A stretch of 64,000 nt of DNA from an uncultured Verrucomicrobiae bacterium (GCA_963813025.1 CAWEXO010000013.1:160001-224000), one strand, 5' to 3'. Shown: positions 39,490-48,680, counted from the first letter of the stretch. A program made the numbers and translations. The notes: generated from the letters alone by a model not told the origin.

Positions 39490-41058
39490 ATGTCCGAATT
39501 TCTCTGGGGCGTCGCAACGTCGGCTTACCAGTCAGAAGGCAGTTACAACGGTCCCGGCCAGCCGCTCACCAACTGGGCGGAGAGCGAACGTCGAGGAGCG
39601 GTAGCGAGCGTCGGATCAGCCGCCGACTTCTGGAACCGGTATGCGGAGGACTTTGCTCGGTGTCGTGAGCTTGGTCTGAACGCGTTCCGGTTGGGCATCG
39701 AGTGGAGTCGGGTACAGCCGGCCCGCTCTGCCCGGCCGGGGCCGCCACCCCCCTTCGATGAAGCCGCGCTCGCCCACTATGCCGCAATGCTCGCGGGATG
39801 CCGGCTGAACGGCCTCGAGCCGGTCGTGACGCTTCATCACTTTGTGCACCCGGCCTGGTTGGGCAGCGACCCCTGGATGGAGCCGGATATCGCCAACCTT
39901 TTCTGTAACTACGTCAAGCATGCGCTGCTCGCCATCAACCGCCGGTTGACGGACGATTACGGCGTCGCGCCTCCCCGCATTTTTATTACGATCAATGAGC
40001 CGAACATGCTAGTGCTCAACACCTATTTCGGTACCCAATTTCCCGGTCGAGAAAAAAAGACCTCCGGAATTCGGACGCTGCTGGAGGTGTATCGCCAGAT
40101 CTTGATCACCCATGTGCGAGCGTACAACCTGCTGCATCGTTTGGCGGCGGAACAGGGTTGGCCCGAACCAATGGTAACGTTCAATAATTATTCCAGCGAT
40201 CTCTATTGGTCGGACAAAGTGCTGCTCGATTTAATTTCGATCCGCGAACGCGAGGTAACCATTGGCGGATTGCGCGACTACATCTATGAGAAAGGCCTGG
40301 AGTTCGAGCGCGCTTTCATGGCTGCCCGGATTCCTCTAGCCAAGGACATCCCGTTTTTCTTTGGTGCGGCCGCCAAGCGATTGAGCAACTGGCTCGGTTA
40401 CAAAACGTTCGCCGCGGCCGGCTTCAACCCGTTAGTGGACGAGATCTATGCGGCGGACCGCCCGATCGCCATCGATTATGTCGCGATGGATTACTACGAC
40501 CCCTTCGCCGCGCACATTTTCCGGCACCCGGTCTGGTGGGATCACGATTTCAAAAACAAGAGTTTGCGAACCTGGCTCATGAATAGCATCACCAGTAAAT
40601 GGTGGGACTGGCGAGTGCTGCCGGCTGGGATGCGCTTCTTCTGTGACTATTACAGTCGCGATCTGGGCGGGCGACCGGTCTTAATCGCGGAAAACGGTAT
40701 GGCTCTGCGCCGGCGAGTGGATAACCGCAACACGATGCGCCGGGATAAAATGACTCGCAGTCAGTTTCTGCGTCTGCATGTTGAGGAGGTCATCAGGATC
40801 GTGGAGGCCGGTACACCCCTTTTTGGCTATCTGCATTGGTCGCTTTTTGACAATTACGAATGGGGTTCGTTTACCCCACGGTTCGGCTTGTTCTCCATTG
40901 ATTACCAACGCGATAACAACCGGATCGTCGAGGATCACCTGGGCGACCGGCCTTCGCTGACCTACCGGCAATTGGTTGCCGCGGCCAGGAAACGCCTGAC
41001 TGATGAGGTTGTATTGGATAGCAAGGGCGACTGGCAATCCTTGGCTGATCCTTCCTAG
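39490..41058 (+). CDS. Glycoside hydrolase family 1 protein
   Basis: FLWGVATSAYQ.EG, FRLGIEWSR, TLHHF..P, acid/base TINEP, nucleophile IAENG, WSL.DNYEWG..PRFGL. Confidence 0.92.
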   Translation: MSEFLWGVATSAYQSEGSYNGPGQPLTNWAESERRGAVASVGSAADFWNRYAEDFARCRELGLNAFRLGIEWSRVQPARSARPGPPPPFDEAALAHYAAMLAGCRLNGLEPVVTLHHFVHPAWLGSDPWMEPDIANLFCNYVKHALLAINRRLTDDYGVAPPRIFITINEPNMLVLNTYFGTQFPGREKKTSGIRTLLEVYRQILITHVRAYNLLHRLAAEQGWPEPMVTFNNYSSDLYWSDKVLLDLISIREREVTIGGLRDYIYEKGLEFERAFMAARIPLAKDIPFFFGAAAKRLSNWLGYKTFAAAGFNPLVDEIYAADRPIAIDYVAMDYYDPFAAHIFRHPVWWDHDFKNKSLRTWLMNSITSKWWDWRVLPAGMRFFCDYYSRDLGGRPVLIAENGMALRRRVDNRNTMRRDKMTRSQFLRLHVEEVIRIVEAGTPLFGYLHWSLFDNYEWGSFTPRFGLFSIDYQRDNNRIVEDHLGDRPSLTYRQLVAAARKRLTDEVVLDSKGDWQSLADPS

Positions 41059-41211
41059 TGCGCCGTCTCATATATAACGATGACGTCGCCGCAGGTCAGT
41101 TGGCTGTTTTTCAAGGCGCGGTCCGAGCCGGTCTGGCAGTAGAAGCGTCCATATCTGGATTCATACGGATCGAGCGAGCAACGCCGAAAAACAGCCAACT
41201 GGCGCGGCCCA
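41055..41211. mobile_element. Half copy (single module) of the CTAG-bounded MITE-like element
   Basis: Begins CTAGTGCGCCGTCTCATAT on the GH1 stop; matches the reverse complement of the right half of 56442-56771; no second TIR. Confidence 0.8.
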
Positions 41212-41292
41212 CTCCCAGGCGAAAAAGCGCGCGCGTGCTGGGGCTAACCCGATTGAGGCGGTTGCCGGGACAGCGGGGTGAAGTACGCTCCG

Positions 41293-41901
41293 ATGATGCT
41301 AAAATCTTTGCTCGGTATCACTAGTTTATTTTTGGCCCTCAATTTCGATATTGTCCTACACGCCCAAGATAACGGCACGATTCCGAGTAGCGGCGGACGA
41401 TATTTCAACGGCCGCGTGGAAATTCCGCTACGAGCTTTTGCGCAGGATGATCCGCGGTGGAGCGACGTTCGGCTTGGGTCATCTACTGACACACTCGGCG
41501 AGGAGGGGTGCGCGGTGACTTCTGCCGCGATGGTCGTCGCTTTTTACGGGATCAAAACCAACCCCCAGCAGCTGAATGCTTTCCTAACCAGAACCGGCGG
41601 TTTCACCGATGATGGACTGATTCATTGGAGCCGGGTGCCATCGATCGCTCCCGACCACTTGGAACTGGCCTACAATGGCGGTCCCTCCTACAAATTGATC
41701 GACTCGAATTTGCTGGCGGGAAATCCCGTCATTGCGGTGATCAAGCTGCCGGACGGCGCTTATCATTTCGTGGTAATCGTGGGGAAAGAAGGCCAGGATT
41801 ACTTGATCCGCGATCCGGCCGCCTCCCCGTTCCGCCCGGCCTATCACCTGAGCGACTTGACGGATCGGATTGTCGGTCTGTGCTTTTTTCGCACGATTTA
41901 A
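41293..41901 (+). CDS. Exported C39-like cysteine peptidase
   Basis: Signal peptide; Q.DPRW..., GCAVTSAAM (Cys), HFVVIVG (His), IRDP (Asp). Confidence 0.8.
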   Translation: MMLKSLLGITSLFLALNFDIVLHAQDNGTIPSSGGRYFNGRVEIPLRAFAQDDPRWSDVRLGSSTDTLGEEGCAVTSAAMVVAFYGIKTNPQQLNAFLTRTGGFTDDGLIHWSRVPSIAPDHLELAYNGGPSYKLIDSNLLAGNPVIAVIKLPDGAYHFVVIVGKEGQDYLIRDPAASPFRPAYHLSDLTDRIVGLCFFRTI

Positions 41902-42743
41902 CTCGACACACGGACTTTCTCGACCGGAAACCGGTGTGATGCGGAGCCAAGTACGAACGCGTTTTTCTGAAGTTTGATGGATCGAACGTCCAGGCGCGAG
42001 TTATCCAAAATAACCGCGCGCACCCCTAAATGCGGCAAAAAGCTGCCGCAGTTGATCACGATACGAGAGGCCTTTCGCCAGACGCCCGGCCAATGGGTAT
42101 GACCAATGATAATGAACCGGGCTTCCGGTCGAAAAACCCGGGCAAGGTCAGCGGTAAGACCGGGCGTCTTCCACCAGGCACGAAGAATCAGGAAAGGCCG
42201 GGTCGGCGGCCAGAGATGGCGCGCCATCAGCTTAATAAAAGGCAATGCTCCGCTCGGGGTCGGCTTTTCGATCATTTGCAGACGAAGCGCGGTGCGCTTG
42301 CTGGCCAAGAGCCGTTTTTCAAAATCCGTGAACGCATCCGGTCCGAGGCCTTCCAGAATTTCCTGGTGCGTTTTCAGGTATTCTTTTGCCCGGCGACTCC
42401 ACGGCGCTACTCCTAGAAAGAGTATGTCCCCGTGCGTTACCAGAACTGCGCCGTTCTCGAGATCGAGATGATTGAGTTCCGATATGGTAGGATCATGATT
42501 GCCGTTCAAGAAGATCGCTTTTACCCCAAGTGAGTGGCAGAGGCGGCCCAATTCAGCGGCTAGACGGCGGCCCAAAGGTCGATCAGCGCTGTGCCTCATC
42601 TCCGAAGTATCGCCATTGAAAATGACGGTACGAAAACCGGCGGCCAGCAGTGGAGCGAGTTGTTCCGGGCTCTTAATCCGCGATGCCCGGTGGCCGAGGT
42701 GAAGGTCGGAGAGGAGCAGGGTCGGATCGGTTGGCGTTAGCAT
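41898..42743 (-). CDS. Calcineurin-like metallophosphoesterase (LpxH-like)
   Basis: SDLHLG, NGD, GNHD, THGD, GHTH motifs. Confidence 0.85.
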   Translation of the reverse strand: MLTPTDPTLLLSDLHLGHRASRIKSPEQLAPLLAAGFRTVIFNGDTSEMRHSADRPLGRRLAAELGRLCHSLGVKAIFLNGNHDPTISELNHLDLENGAVLVTHGDILFLGVAPWSRRAKEYLKTHQEILEGLGPDAFTDFEKRLLASKRTALRLQMIEKPTPSGALPFIKLMARHLWPPTRPFLILRAWWKTPGLTADLARVFRPEARFIIIGHTHWPGVWRKASRIVINCGSFLPHLGVRAVILDNSRLDVRSIKLQKNAFVLGSASHRFPVEKVRVSS

Positions 42744-42776
42744 TGAAATTCAGCGATTATCCTCCCTACTAAAATC

Positions 42777-43211
42777 TCAACGGATATTGACCTCGCCAAA
42801 AAGACTGATTGCCACCTTTCGATCGTGCGGTTGCCGGCGATGCTCAAAAACAAAAATACCCTGCCAAGTCCCGAGCAGCAGTTTACCTCCCGAGACCGGG
42901 ATTGATTCCGAACTGCGAGTGAGGACCATTCGGAGATGGCTTGGCATGTCATCCGCTCCCTCGGCGCGGTGCACAAAGGCAATTTCCTCCTCGGGAACGA
43001 GGTGATCGAAATAGGTCTCCAGATCGATTCGCGCGGTTCGATCGGCGTTCTCAAAAAGAATCAGGCTCGCACTGGTGTGCCGGAGAAAGACAGTCGCTAG
43101 GCCCTCCGTAATCCCGCTCTGCCGCACTCTCTGCGATACCTGGTCGGTGATTTCGTAAGTGCCTTTGCCCTTTGTTCGAATCACAAACTCGGAGTTATTC
43201 ACCGTCAGCAT
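42777..43211 (-). CDS. yjbQ: YjbQ/UPF0047 family protein
   Basis: HTSASL...EN.D, EG.DDMP.H, LGTWQGI...EHR. Confidence 0.92.
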   Translation of the reverse strand: MLTVNNSEFVIRTKGKGTYEITDQVSQRVRQSGITEGLATVFLRHTSASLILFENADRTARIDLETYFDHLVPEEEIAFVHRAEGADDMPSHLRMVLTRSSESIPVSGGKLLLGTWQGIFVFEHRRQPHDRKVAISLFGEVNIR

Positions 43212-44322
43212 AAAGAAATTCGACCAGCCGGAGGGACTTCCGGTTTGGCAGAACCCCAGGCTCCATCTGGTTCATGACATACGCAAACGTGATCCTGTTT
43301 TCGGGGTCAGCAAAAGCGTGGCTTCCGCCGGCGCCAGGTTGACCGAACGCCTGCAGCGAAGGACCGAAAAGCTTTCTCTCTTTGCGGGTTGCTGCGACCG
43401 GATCTTTCATGAATCCCGCGCTGAAACCCGTGGAGATCCGCAAAACGCGGTCTATACCGGTGACGACTAAACCGCGGCAAAGCGCCGGTTCTTCCAGGAT
43501 ATCGGGTTCGCAAAGAGCATGGTAAAATCGACAGAGAGACTCGGCCGTCCCGATTCCGCCAAAGGATGGCAGGGCCATTTGTCGAATGGCCGGATCATTC
43601 ATCAGGGAAGGAACCTCCAAGCCGGCCGGGGTCGAGAAGGCTTGCCGCGTGAGCGAGTGCGGTTGAGCGTACTGGGCGTAGAAAGGGGCTTCTTCGGGGG
43701 AGGTTCGATTGTGACGAGGCGCGTAGATTGGGGCTACCTCGCCGGCTAAGGCTGAGGGAATCCCGATCCAGAGATCAAGGTTCAGCGGATCGCCAAATAT
43801 CTGGCGGAAATAGGCGCTCACTCCTGTCCCGCCGGTAATCCGCCGAAGCAATTCGTCCACCAGAAAACCGAAGGTGCGCGCGTGATAACCGTGCGCTTTT
43901 CCCGGCGCCCAAAATGGTTCTTGAGCAGCGAGGGCGCCCACCACAGCGGAACGGTCCAGGACCGGGATCGTGGAGTCGCGGAGAGCGGGCATGCCGGCCT
44001 GGTGAGAGAGGATTTGTTGCAGGGTGGTGCCGTCCTTGCCCGCCCTCGCGTACTCCGGCCAGAAACGCTTGACCGTCTCCGTGATTGAGATTCGGTGCTG
44101 CCTGCAGGCATGGAGGAGGCACCCCGAGGTCAATCCTTTGGTAGCCGACCAGATCAGGACGCGCGACTGGGAGGTCCACGGAATCGTTTTCTCCCGGTTT
44201 TGAAACCCTCGCCCCAGACTCAGTACTTCCTGGCCATTGTTCCAGATGGCGACTGAAGCCCCGAGCTCCTCCTCTCCCGAAAAATTCTCCGCAAAGGCGG
44301 CACTCAGGCCGGCGAGATCCAT
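43195..44322 (-). CDS. Serine hydrolase, beta-lactamase class C / esterase family VIII-like
   Basis: WSATKG (SxxK), LSHQAG, W.PG..HGYH, FG..GAGGS..FADP. Confidence 0.88.
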   Translation of the reverse strand: MDLAGLSAAFAENFSGEEELGASVAIWNNGQEVLSLGRGFQNREKTIPWTSQSRVLIWSATKGLTSGCLLHACRQHRISITETVKRFWPEYARAGKDGTTLQQILSHQAGMPALRDSTIPVLDRSAVVGALAAQEPFWAPGKAHGYHARTFGFLVDELLRRITGGTGVSAYFRQIFGDPLNLDLWIGIPSALAGEVAPIYAPRHNRTSPEEAPFYAQYAQPHSLTRQAFSTPAGLEVPSLMNDPAIRQMALPSFGGIGTAESLCRFYHALCEPDILEEPALCRGLVVTGIDRVLRISTGFSAGFMKDPVAATRKERKLFGPSLQAFGQPGAGGSHAFADPENRITFAYVMNQMEPGVLPNRKSLRLVEFLYADGE

Positions 44323-44789
44323 CAAAGCGAGTCCTGGATGGATGCGAGATCGGGATCGTTTCGCGCCGCATCGCGGAAAGCTTTATTCAGGCGAAAACTG
44401 GCGCGAAGATAGGCTCGCGCCTGATCCAGATTTCCGAGAATGGCATCGTAGCAGCCGAGATTGTAGTAGTACAACGGCTCGTCCAGAAGACAGGGCGGTC
44501 CTGCTAACAACACTTCTTTGGCATCAGCGGTTTGTCCTAACTCATGTAAACAGAACGCCGCGTGAATGAACCCGAAACTTTCCTGCGGACAGAGTTCGCC
44601 AAGACGTTCACTCAGCTCGAGAGCGGTCCGCCATCGACGCAGTTGCAACAAAATTTTGACGCGGGTTTGCAGAGTCAGGCTATTCTGCTGATCCTCTGGC
44701 GAGAGTCGATCGAGTTGGGCGAGAGCGTCTTCCTGCATGCCCAACTCAGCGTAGCCTTCCGCCGCGCGGATTTGCTTTTCGAGTGTCAT
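44322..44789 (-). CDS. TPR-repeat protein
   Basis: Helical repeats; YYNLGCY....G, A..DPDL..I C-terminus. Confidence 0.75.
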   Translation of the reverse strand: MTLEKQIRAAEGYAELGMQEDALAQLDRLSPEDQQNSLTLQTRVKILLQLRRWRTALELSERLGELCPQESFGFIHAAFCLHELGQTADAKEVLLAGPPCLLDEPLYYYNLGCYDAILGNLDQARAYLRASFRLNKAFRDAARNDPDLASIQDSL

Positions 44790-44791
44790 TT

Positions 44792-45238
44792 CTAATGGGC
44801 GGAGGTTGTCTCCTGGTCGATCATCGCGATCCGGTGGACGTGACGCCCACCTTCAAACGGAGTGCTTAACCAAGTTCGCACGATGCTCAAAGCGAGCTCC
44901 TCCGGAATTGTCCGCTGCCCGATGGATAAGACATTGCCGTCGTTGTGCGCCCGGTTCCAAACGGCGACCTGTTCCGTCCAGCACAGTCCGCAGCGGACGC
45001 CTCGCACCCGATTTGCGACGATTGCTTCGCCGTTGCCGGAACCGCCGAGAACAATCCCCCGCTCAACTTCCCCCCGCGCCACCGCCAGGGCCACCGGTCG
45101 GATAAAGAGTGGATAATCGACCGGTTCTTCCGAGTCTGTGCCAAAATCGGTCACCTCGTGTCCCTCACTTTTCAGAAATTCTTTGATCTTCTCTTTATAC
45201 CGGAATCCTGCGTGGTCGGAGCCGATCGCGATTTTCAT
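44792..45238 (-). CDS. rpiB: Ribose-5-phosphate isomerase B
   Basis: IAIGSDHAG, DYP, GGSGNGE..ANR, HN..NV, FEGGRH..R. Confidence 0.95.
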   Translation of the reverse strand: MKIAIGSDHAGFRYKEKIKEFLKSEGHEVTDFGTDSEEPVDYPLFIRPVALAVARGEVERGIVLGGSGNGEAIVANRVRGVRCGLCWTEQVAVWNRAHNDGNVLSIGQRTIPEELALSIVRTWLSTPFEGGRHVHRIAMIDQETTSAH

Positions 45239-45299
45239 GGTATGATTCTAGGAGCTTCAGAGTTTAGAAGTCTAGGACTTTAGGAGTTGCAGGAGTCTC

Positions 45300-45464
45300 G
45301 GAAAGCGGCGGGAGCGATAGAAGCGGGTCAGCGGAGGGAAGTAGTCGATCACTTGGCAGATTGGAGCGGCAGCTGCCGCCGATCGATTTGATCACTTGTT
45401 CCTTCGTGCTCTTTTGCACTACATCCCGCCGCTGAGCCCTCTCCCACCGCTTCCTCCGCTTTCC
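45300..45464. repeat. Solo hairpin element related to the dnaN tandem-array unit
   Basis: Arms GGAAAGCGGCGGGAGCG...GGGTCAGCGGAGGGAAGTAG and CTACATCCCGCCGCTGAGCC...CCTCCGCTTTCC; interior differs from the array. Confidence 0.75.
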
Positions 45465-45473
45465 CCGAAGTCC

Positions 45474-46496
45474 TCACCGCCTCAGCTCGCCCGGAACAAT
45501 GGGCATTTTCAGGATCTCAGTTCCGCGGATCACTGTCAGGATGGATGAAACGCCGATCTGCTCGCCGACCAGCACACGATGCAGTTCGTCGATGGAGTCG
45601 ATCGCCTGGCCGTTGAACGCGACGATGATATCGCCCGCTCTAACCCCAGCTTCGCGGGCCGGTCCTGCTTTTTCCACTTCGGCCACCAGAACGCCTCGAT
45701 CCGGGGAGAGTTGATGGAATCGGGCGATTCTCGGATGGATCGAGGCGGTCTGTCCCGCCAAGCCGAGATAGCTCCGTCGAATCGTGCCGTCTTTGATGAG
45801 CCAACCGGCTACCAGCTGGGCGGTATTTGAAGCGATGGCAAAGCAGAGCCCCTGGGCCGGAAGGATAACCGCCGTATTGACCCCAATGACTTCGCCTCGG
45901 CTGTTGACGAGCGGGCCGCCGGAATTGCCTGGATTAAGAGCGGCATCGGTTTGGAGGATGTCATCCATCAACCGGCCGGACTCGGCTCGCATTGAGCGTC
46001 CGAGCGCACTGACGACACCGGCCGTGACGGTTTGTTGGAAACCGTAGGGACTACCGATCGCCACCGCGATCTGGCCGACGCGGAGTTGCTTGGAATCGGC
46101 GAAGCGCAACGCCGGAAGGGTTGAGCCATCGACACGGAGGACCGCCAGGTCGGTATCGGGATCTTCACCTACGAGCTTGGCGCTCATCTCGCGGGTATCC
46201 GGCAGCGTCACCTCAATCGTCTTGGCCCGATGCACGACATGGCTGTTGGTCATGATGAATCCGTCCGGGGCGATGACGAAGCCGCTGCCTCCGCCCTCGC
46301 CCTGGCCGTGTCCGCCGCTCTGCCTCACGCGGATATTCACTACCGCGGGAGCAACAGCGGCGGCCACGGCGCTGACGGTCTGCGAATAGGCATCGAGCAG
46401 CGCCGGATCGTTCGCGACCGAGACCTGGCTTGATTCTGACCGCTGAGGGCCGGGCGCCAAAATTGGTGTCCAGGAAGCTATAAAATCGGAAAGCAT
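45474..46496 (-). CDS. HtrA/DegP-like trypsin serine protease with one PDZ domain
   Basis: GSGF, TNSHVV, DLAVL, QTDAALNPGNSGGPL, C-terminal PDZ (AG...GDII). Confidence 0.92.
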   Translation of the reverse strand: MLSDFIASWTPILAPGPQRSESSQVSVANDPALLDAYSQTVSAVAAAVAPAVVNIRVRQSGGHGQGEGGGSGFVIAPDGFIMTNSHVVHRAKTIEVTLPDTREMSAKLVGEDPDTDLAVLRVDGSTLPALRFADSKQLRVGQIAVAIGSPYGFQQTVTAGVVSALGRSMRAESGRLMDDILQTDAALNPGNSGGPLVNSRGEVIGVNTAVILPAQGLCFAIASNTAQLVAGWLIKDGTIRRSYLGLAGQTASIHPRIARFHQLSPDRGVLVAEVEKAGPAREAGVRAGDIIVAFNGQAIDSIDELHRVLVGEQIGVSSILTVIRGTEILKMPIVPGELRR

Positions 46497-46524
46497 ACGC
46501 GTAAGATTACGCGAAAACCTAGTA

Positions 46525-46543
46525 CGTAACTGTAAATGTTACA
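46525..46543. promoter_or_regulatory. Putative Rrf2 operator CGTAAC-N7-GTTACA upstream of the protease
   Basis: Palindrome with the same half-sites and spacing as the one at 47130-47154. Confidence 0.55.
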
Positions 46544-46706
46544 AATCGATCGTTGCGGCCATTGGTTTCGAGCAGCTGCCGGCGCAATATACGTTTGTCC
46601 CTGTGCCGGCACGGAGGCCAGAGACACATTGCGAGACAGCTTCTAACGGTGACCTCTACCAAAACCGCTCTCTAGAAATACTGGTATTGCGAAGGCGGTC
46701 CAGCTC

Positions 46707-47123
46707 TTAACTTTCCTTCAGAGATCGCAGGACTTCTGCTAAAGTGATGTCCTCCAGCTCTTTCCTGATCGAACAACGCAGCCGCCCTTGAATCCCTTCC
46801 ATCACTTGCCCGATGCGTTTCCCGACAGGACACCGGTGAGAGGGACGTCTCGGGTGAACCCTAAAGAATTCCGGTTCCGCTACTGCCGCATGAATCTGAA
46901 AAAGAGAAACCTTCTCGGGCCGCACCAGCAGAACGGCGCCGCCGTGGGGGCCTCGCCGGGTCCGGATTAAGCCCGCTTGTTGAAGTTCGATCAGAAGCCG
47001 GCGGATCACGACCGGGTTAGTGTTCACCGTCGCAGCTAAACGCGCCGACGAACAACATTCCTTTTTTTCCAACGCGAGCACCGCCATCACGTGGACGGCA
47101 AACGCAAACTGGCAGCTCTGCAC
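46707..47123 (-). CDS. Rrf2-family transcriptional regulator (YwnA/HypR-like)
   Basis: F..AVH, S..LA..VNTNPVVIRR, AGL...RG..GG, CPVG..I; GTG start proposed at 47123. Confidence 0.9.
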   Translation of the reverse strand: MQSCQFAFAVHVMAVLALEKKECCSSARLAATVNTNPVVIRRLLIELQQAGLIRTRRGPHGGAVLLVRPEKVSLFQIHAAVAEPEFFRVHPRRPSHRCPVGKRIGQVMEGIQGRLRCSIRKELEDITLAEVLRSLKES

Positions 47124-47129
47124 TGCCCG

Positions 47130-47154
47130 AAATGTAACCCGCCGGATTACATTT
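47130..47154. promoter_or_regulatory. Putative Rrf2 autoregulatory operator AAATGTAAC-N7-ATTACATTT
   Basis: Near-perfect palindrome directly upstream of the proposed rrf2 start. Confidence 0.6.
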
Positions 47155-47238
47155 GACAATCTTGGAGTCCGCCAGACTCCTTATCGAGATAAGTAGCGTA
47201 GACGGAAGCCGGGCGGAGCACGCGGGACCAGCTTCTTT

Positions 47239-48621
47239 CTACCGCTGATCTTTCTTTGGACCAGGGATAGGCGAATCGGAGCCGCGTGGTGAAGGTGAAC
47301 CGGCCGGCGCAAGAGATGACAAAGGGGTCAGTGAAGCTACCGTTTCCGGGCTGCCACTAGGGCGCGGTGAGGGCGGGACGGTGATGTCGGCCCAATCCCA
47401 CAGCCGGCCGGTCGTTCCTCCGATCTCCTGCAGGAGCTGCGCACAACGTTCATGCATCCGTTTGAGGTCAGGCGGCCCGGGCGGTGAATCGGCGCTTCCC
47501 GGGAAAATGAGGTAAGTTATATTCAGGTTCGTTTCCGGACGATTATAGGCGCTGGCTTTCGGGTCCAGCTCGCTGGCGATCCGCAAGGATGCCTCGCCCA
47601 TTTTGTAAGAGGGCCCTACATCGCCAAGCAATGCGGGGTAAAGAATGCCCCGGTAAAGGACGACTGCATAGTCGCCAAGTTTCGGCGTGAAAGCAATCGG
47701 TGGCTGGCGCAGCATGAAACCGGGTAACACGATAAAAGGGTCGGTTTTGGAAATCAGGAAGCTGTACTTTTTCAAGTCGGCGATCTCACGGTTCAACGCG
47801 CTGATTTGCTCCTGAAGAACACGGTGCCGCTCCGGTGTGATTGTACGGTCAGCGAGTTCAGTTTGGAATTGTTTGAGTTTGTTTTCTCGCTCCGGAATAA
47901 ACTGGCTGGAAATGGATGTTCGCTTCGGCCAACGATAACTCGTGAAGGGCTGAAAGTTCAGAGAGCTTCCGTCGACCACCATGTTGCGGTCGGAGTCGGA
48001 ACCGTCGGCATTCACGTCCATGTCACTCTGGATGACGAGCACTTTTCGAGCGGCTGGCTGGCTCGTGACTTCGAGGATCGTGTTGCAATCGAAGAAATTG
48101 TGCCGCGAGAGCAATTGCTCCAGCCGGGACAGATTATGGTCGAGCTGGTTTACCTTAAGTTCGTAAAGGGCGTGAAAGAAGCTGGAGACTTTTGCTTGCG
48201 GGAGCGCGGCCGGAAGGCCGGGAAGGAGCTCTGACAGCCGGGGGTCAGACGTTTGCAATTGCTCGAGAGAGTGTGCCGCTGCCGGTACGCGCACGCTGAC
48301 CTCGAGATTGAGAGCATAAGCTTCCGGAACAGGTCGTTCGAGGACGGCGAGATCGCCCTGACTGCTGGAGACTTTGGCGTGAACATCAAAGCCATTGAAC
48401 AGCTTGGCGGTTTCCATCCTCGAATAAGGAATAAAAGTCTCGGGCAAGGGCCTTGGCGCAGGGGTGATGCTCGGCGTGGGCGAGGGAGGCGGTCTCGGCG
48501 GTTGCGGTCCGGGGCAGCTCGCGGTGACCAGGGCTGCCAGCACAGCGAGTGGTCCAATCGCGCAGCGTTTGTGCGGTAGGAGCTTGTTCTTAAATAAATG
48601 AAGCCCAACGAACTGTTTCAA
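47239..48621 (-). CDS. Probable lipoprotein with a GH75 chitosanase-like domain
   Basis: Lipobox-like VTASC, Pro-rich linkers, DMDVNADG, PFIVLP, LGD.AVV, GDVGP..KMGEAS; start uncertain. Confidence 0.7.
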   Translation of the reverse strand: MKQFVGLHLFKNKLLPHKRCAIGPLAVLAALVTASCPGPQPPRPPPSPTPSITPAPRPLPETFIPYSRMETAKLFNGFDVHAKVSSSQGDLAVLERPVPEAYALNLEVSVRVPAAAHSLEQLQTSDPRLSELLPGLPAALPQAKVSSFFHALYELKVNQLDHNLSRLEQLLSRHNFFDCNTILEVTSQPAARKVLVIQSDMDVNADGSDSDRNMVVDGSSLNFQPFTSYRWPKRTSISSQFIPERENKLKQFQTELADRTITPERHRVLQEQISALNREIADLKKYSFLISKTDPFIVLPGFMLRQPPIAFTPKLGDYAVVLYRGILYPALLGDVGPSYKMGEASLRIASELDPKASAYNRPETNLNITYLIFPGSADSPPGPPDLKRMHERCAQLLQEIGGTTGRLWDWADITVPPSPRPSGSPETVASLTPLSSLAPAGSPSPRGSDSPIPGPKKDQR

Positions 48622-48680
48622 ATTCTTCTCTCAAAGAAAGCAGGAGAACTCTGCGGCGTAGCCGAGAATTCTGCTGCCAC

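Noticed and set aside
43195..44322. True beta-lactamase resistance gene
   Set aside because: No signal peptide; the motif pattern fits family VIII esterase-like serine hydrolases in a housekeeping operon.
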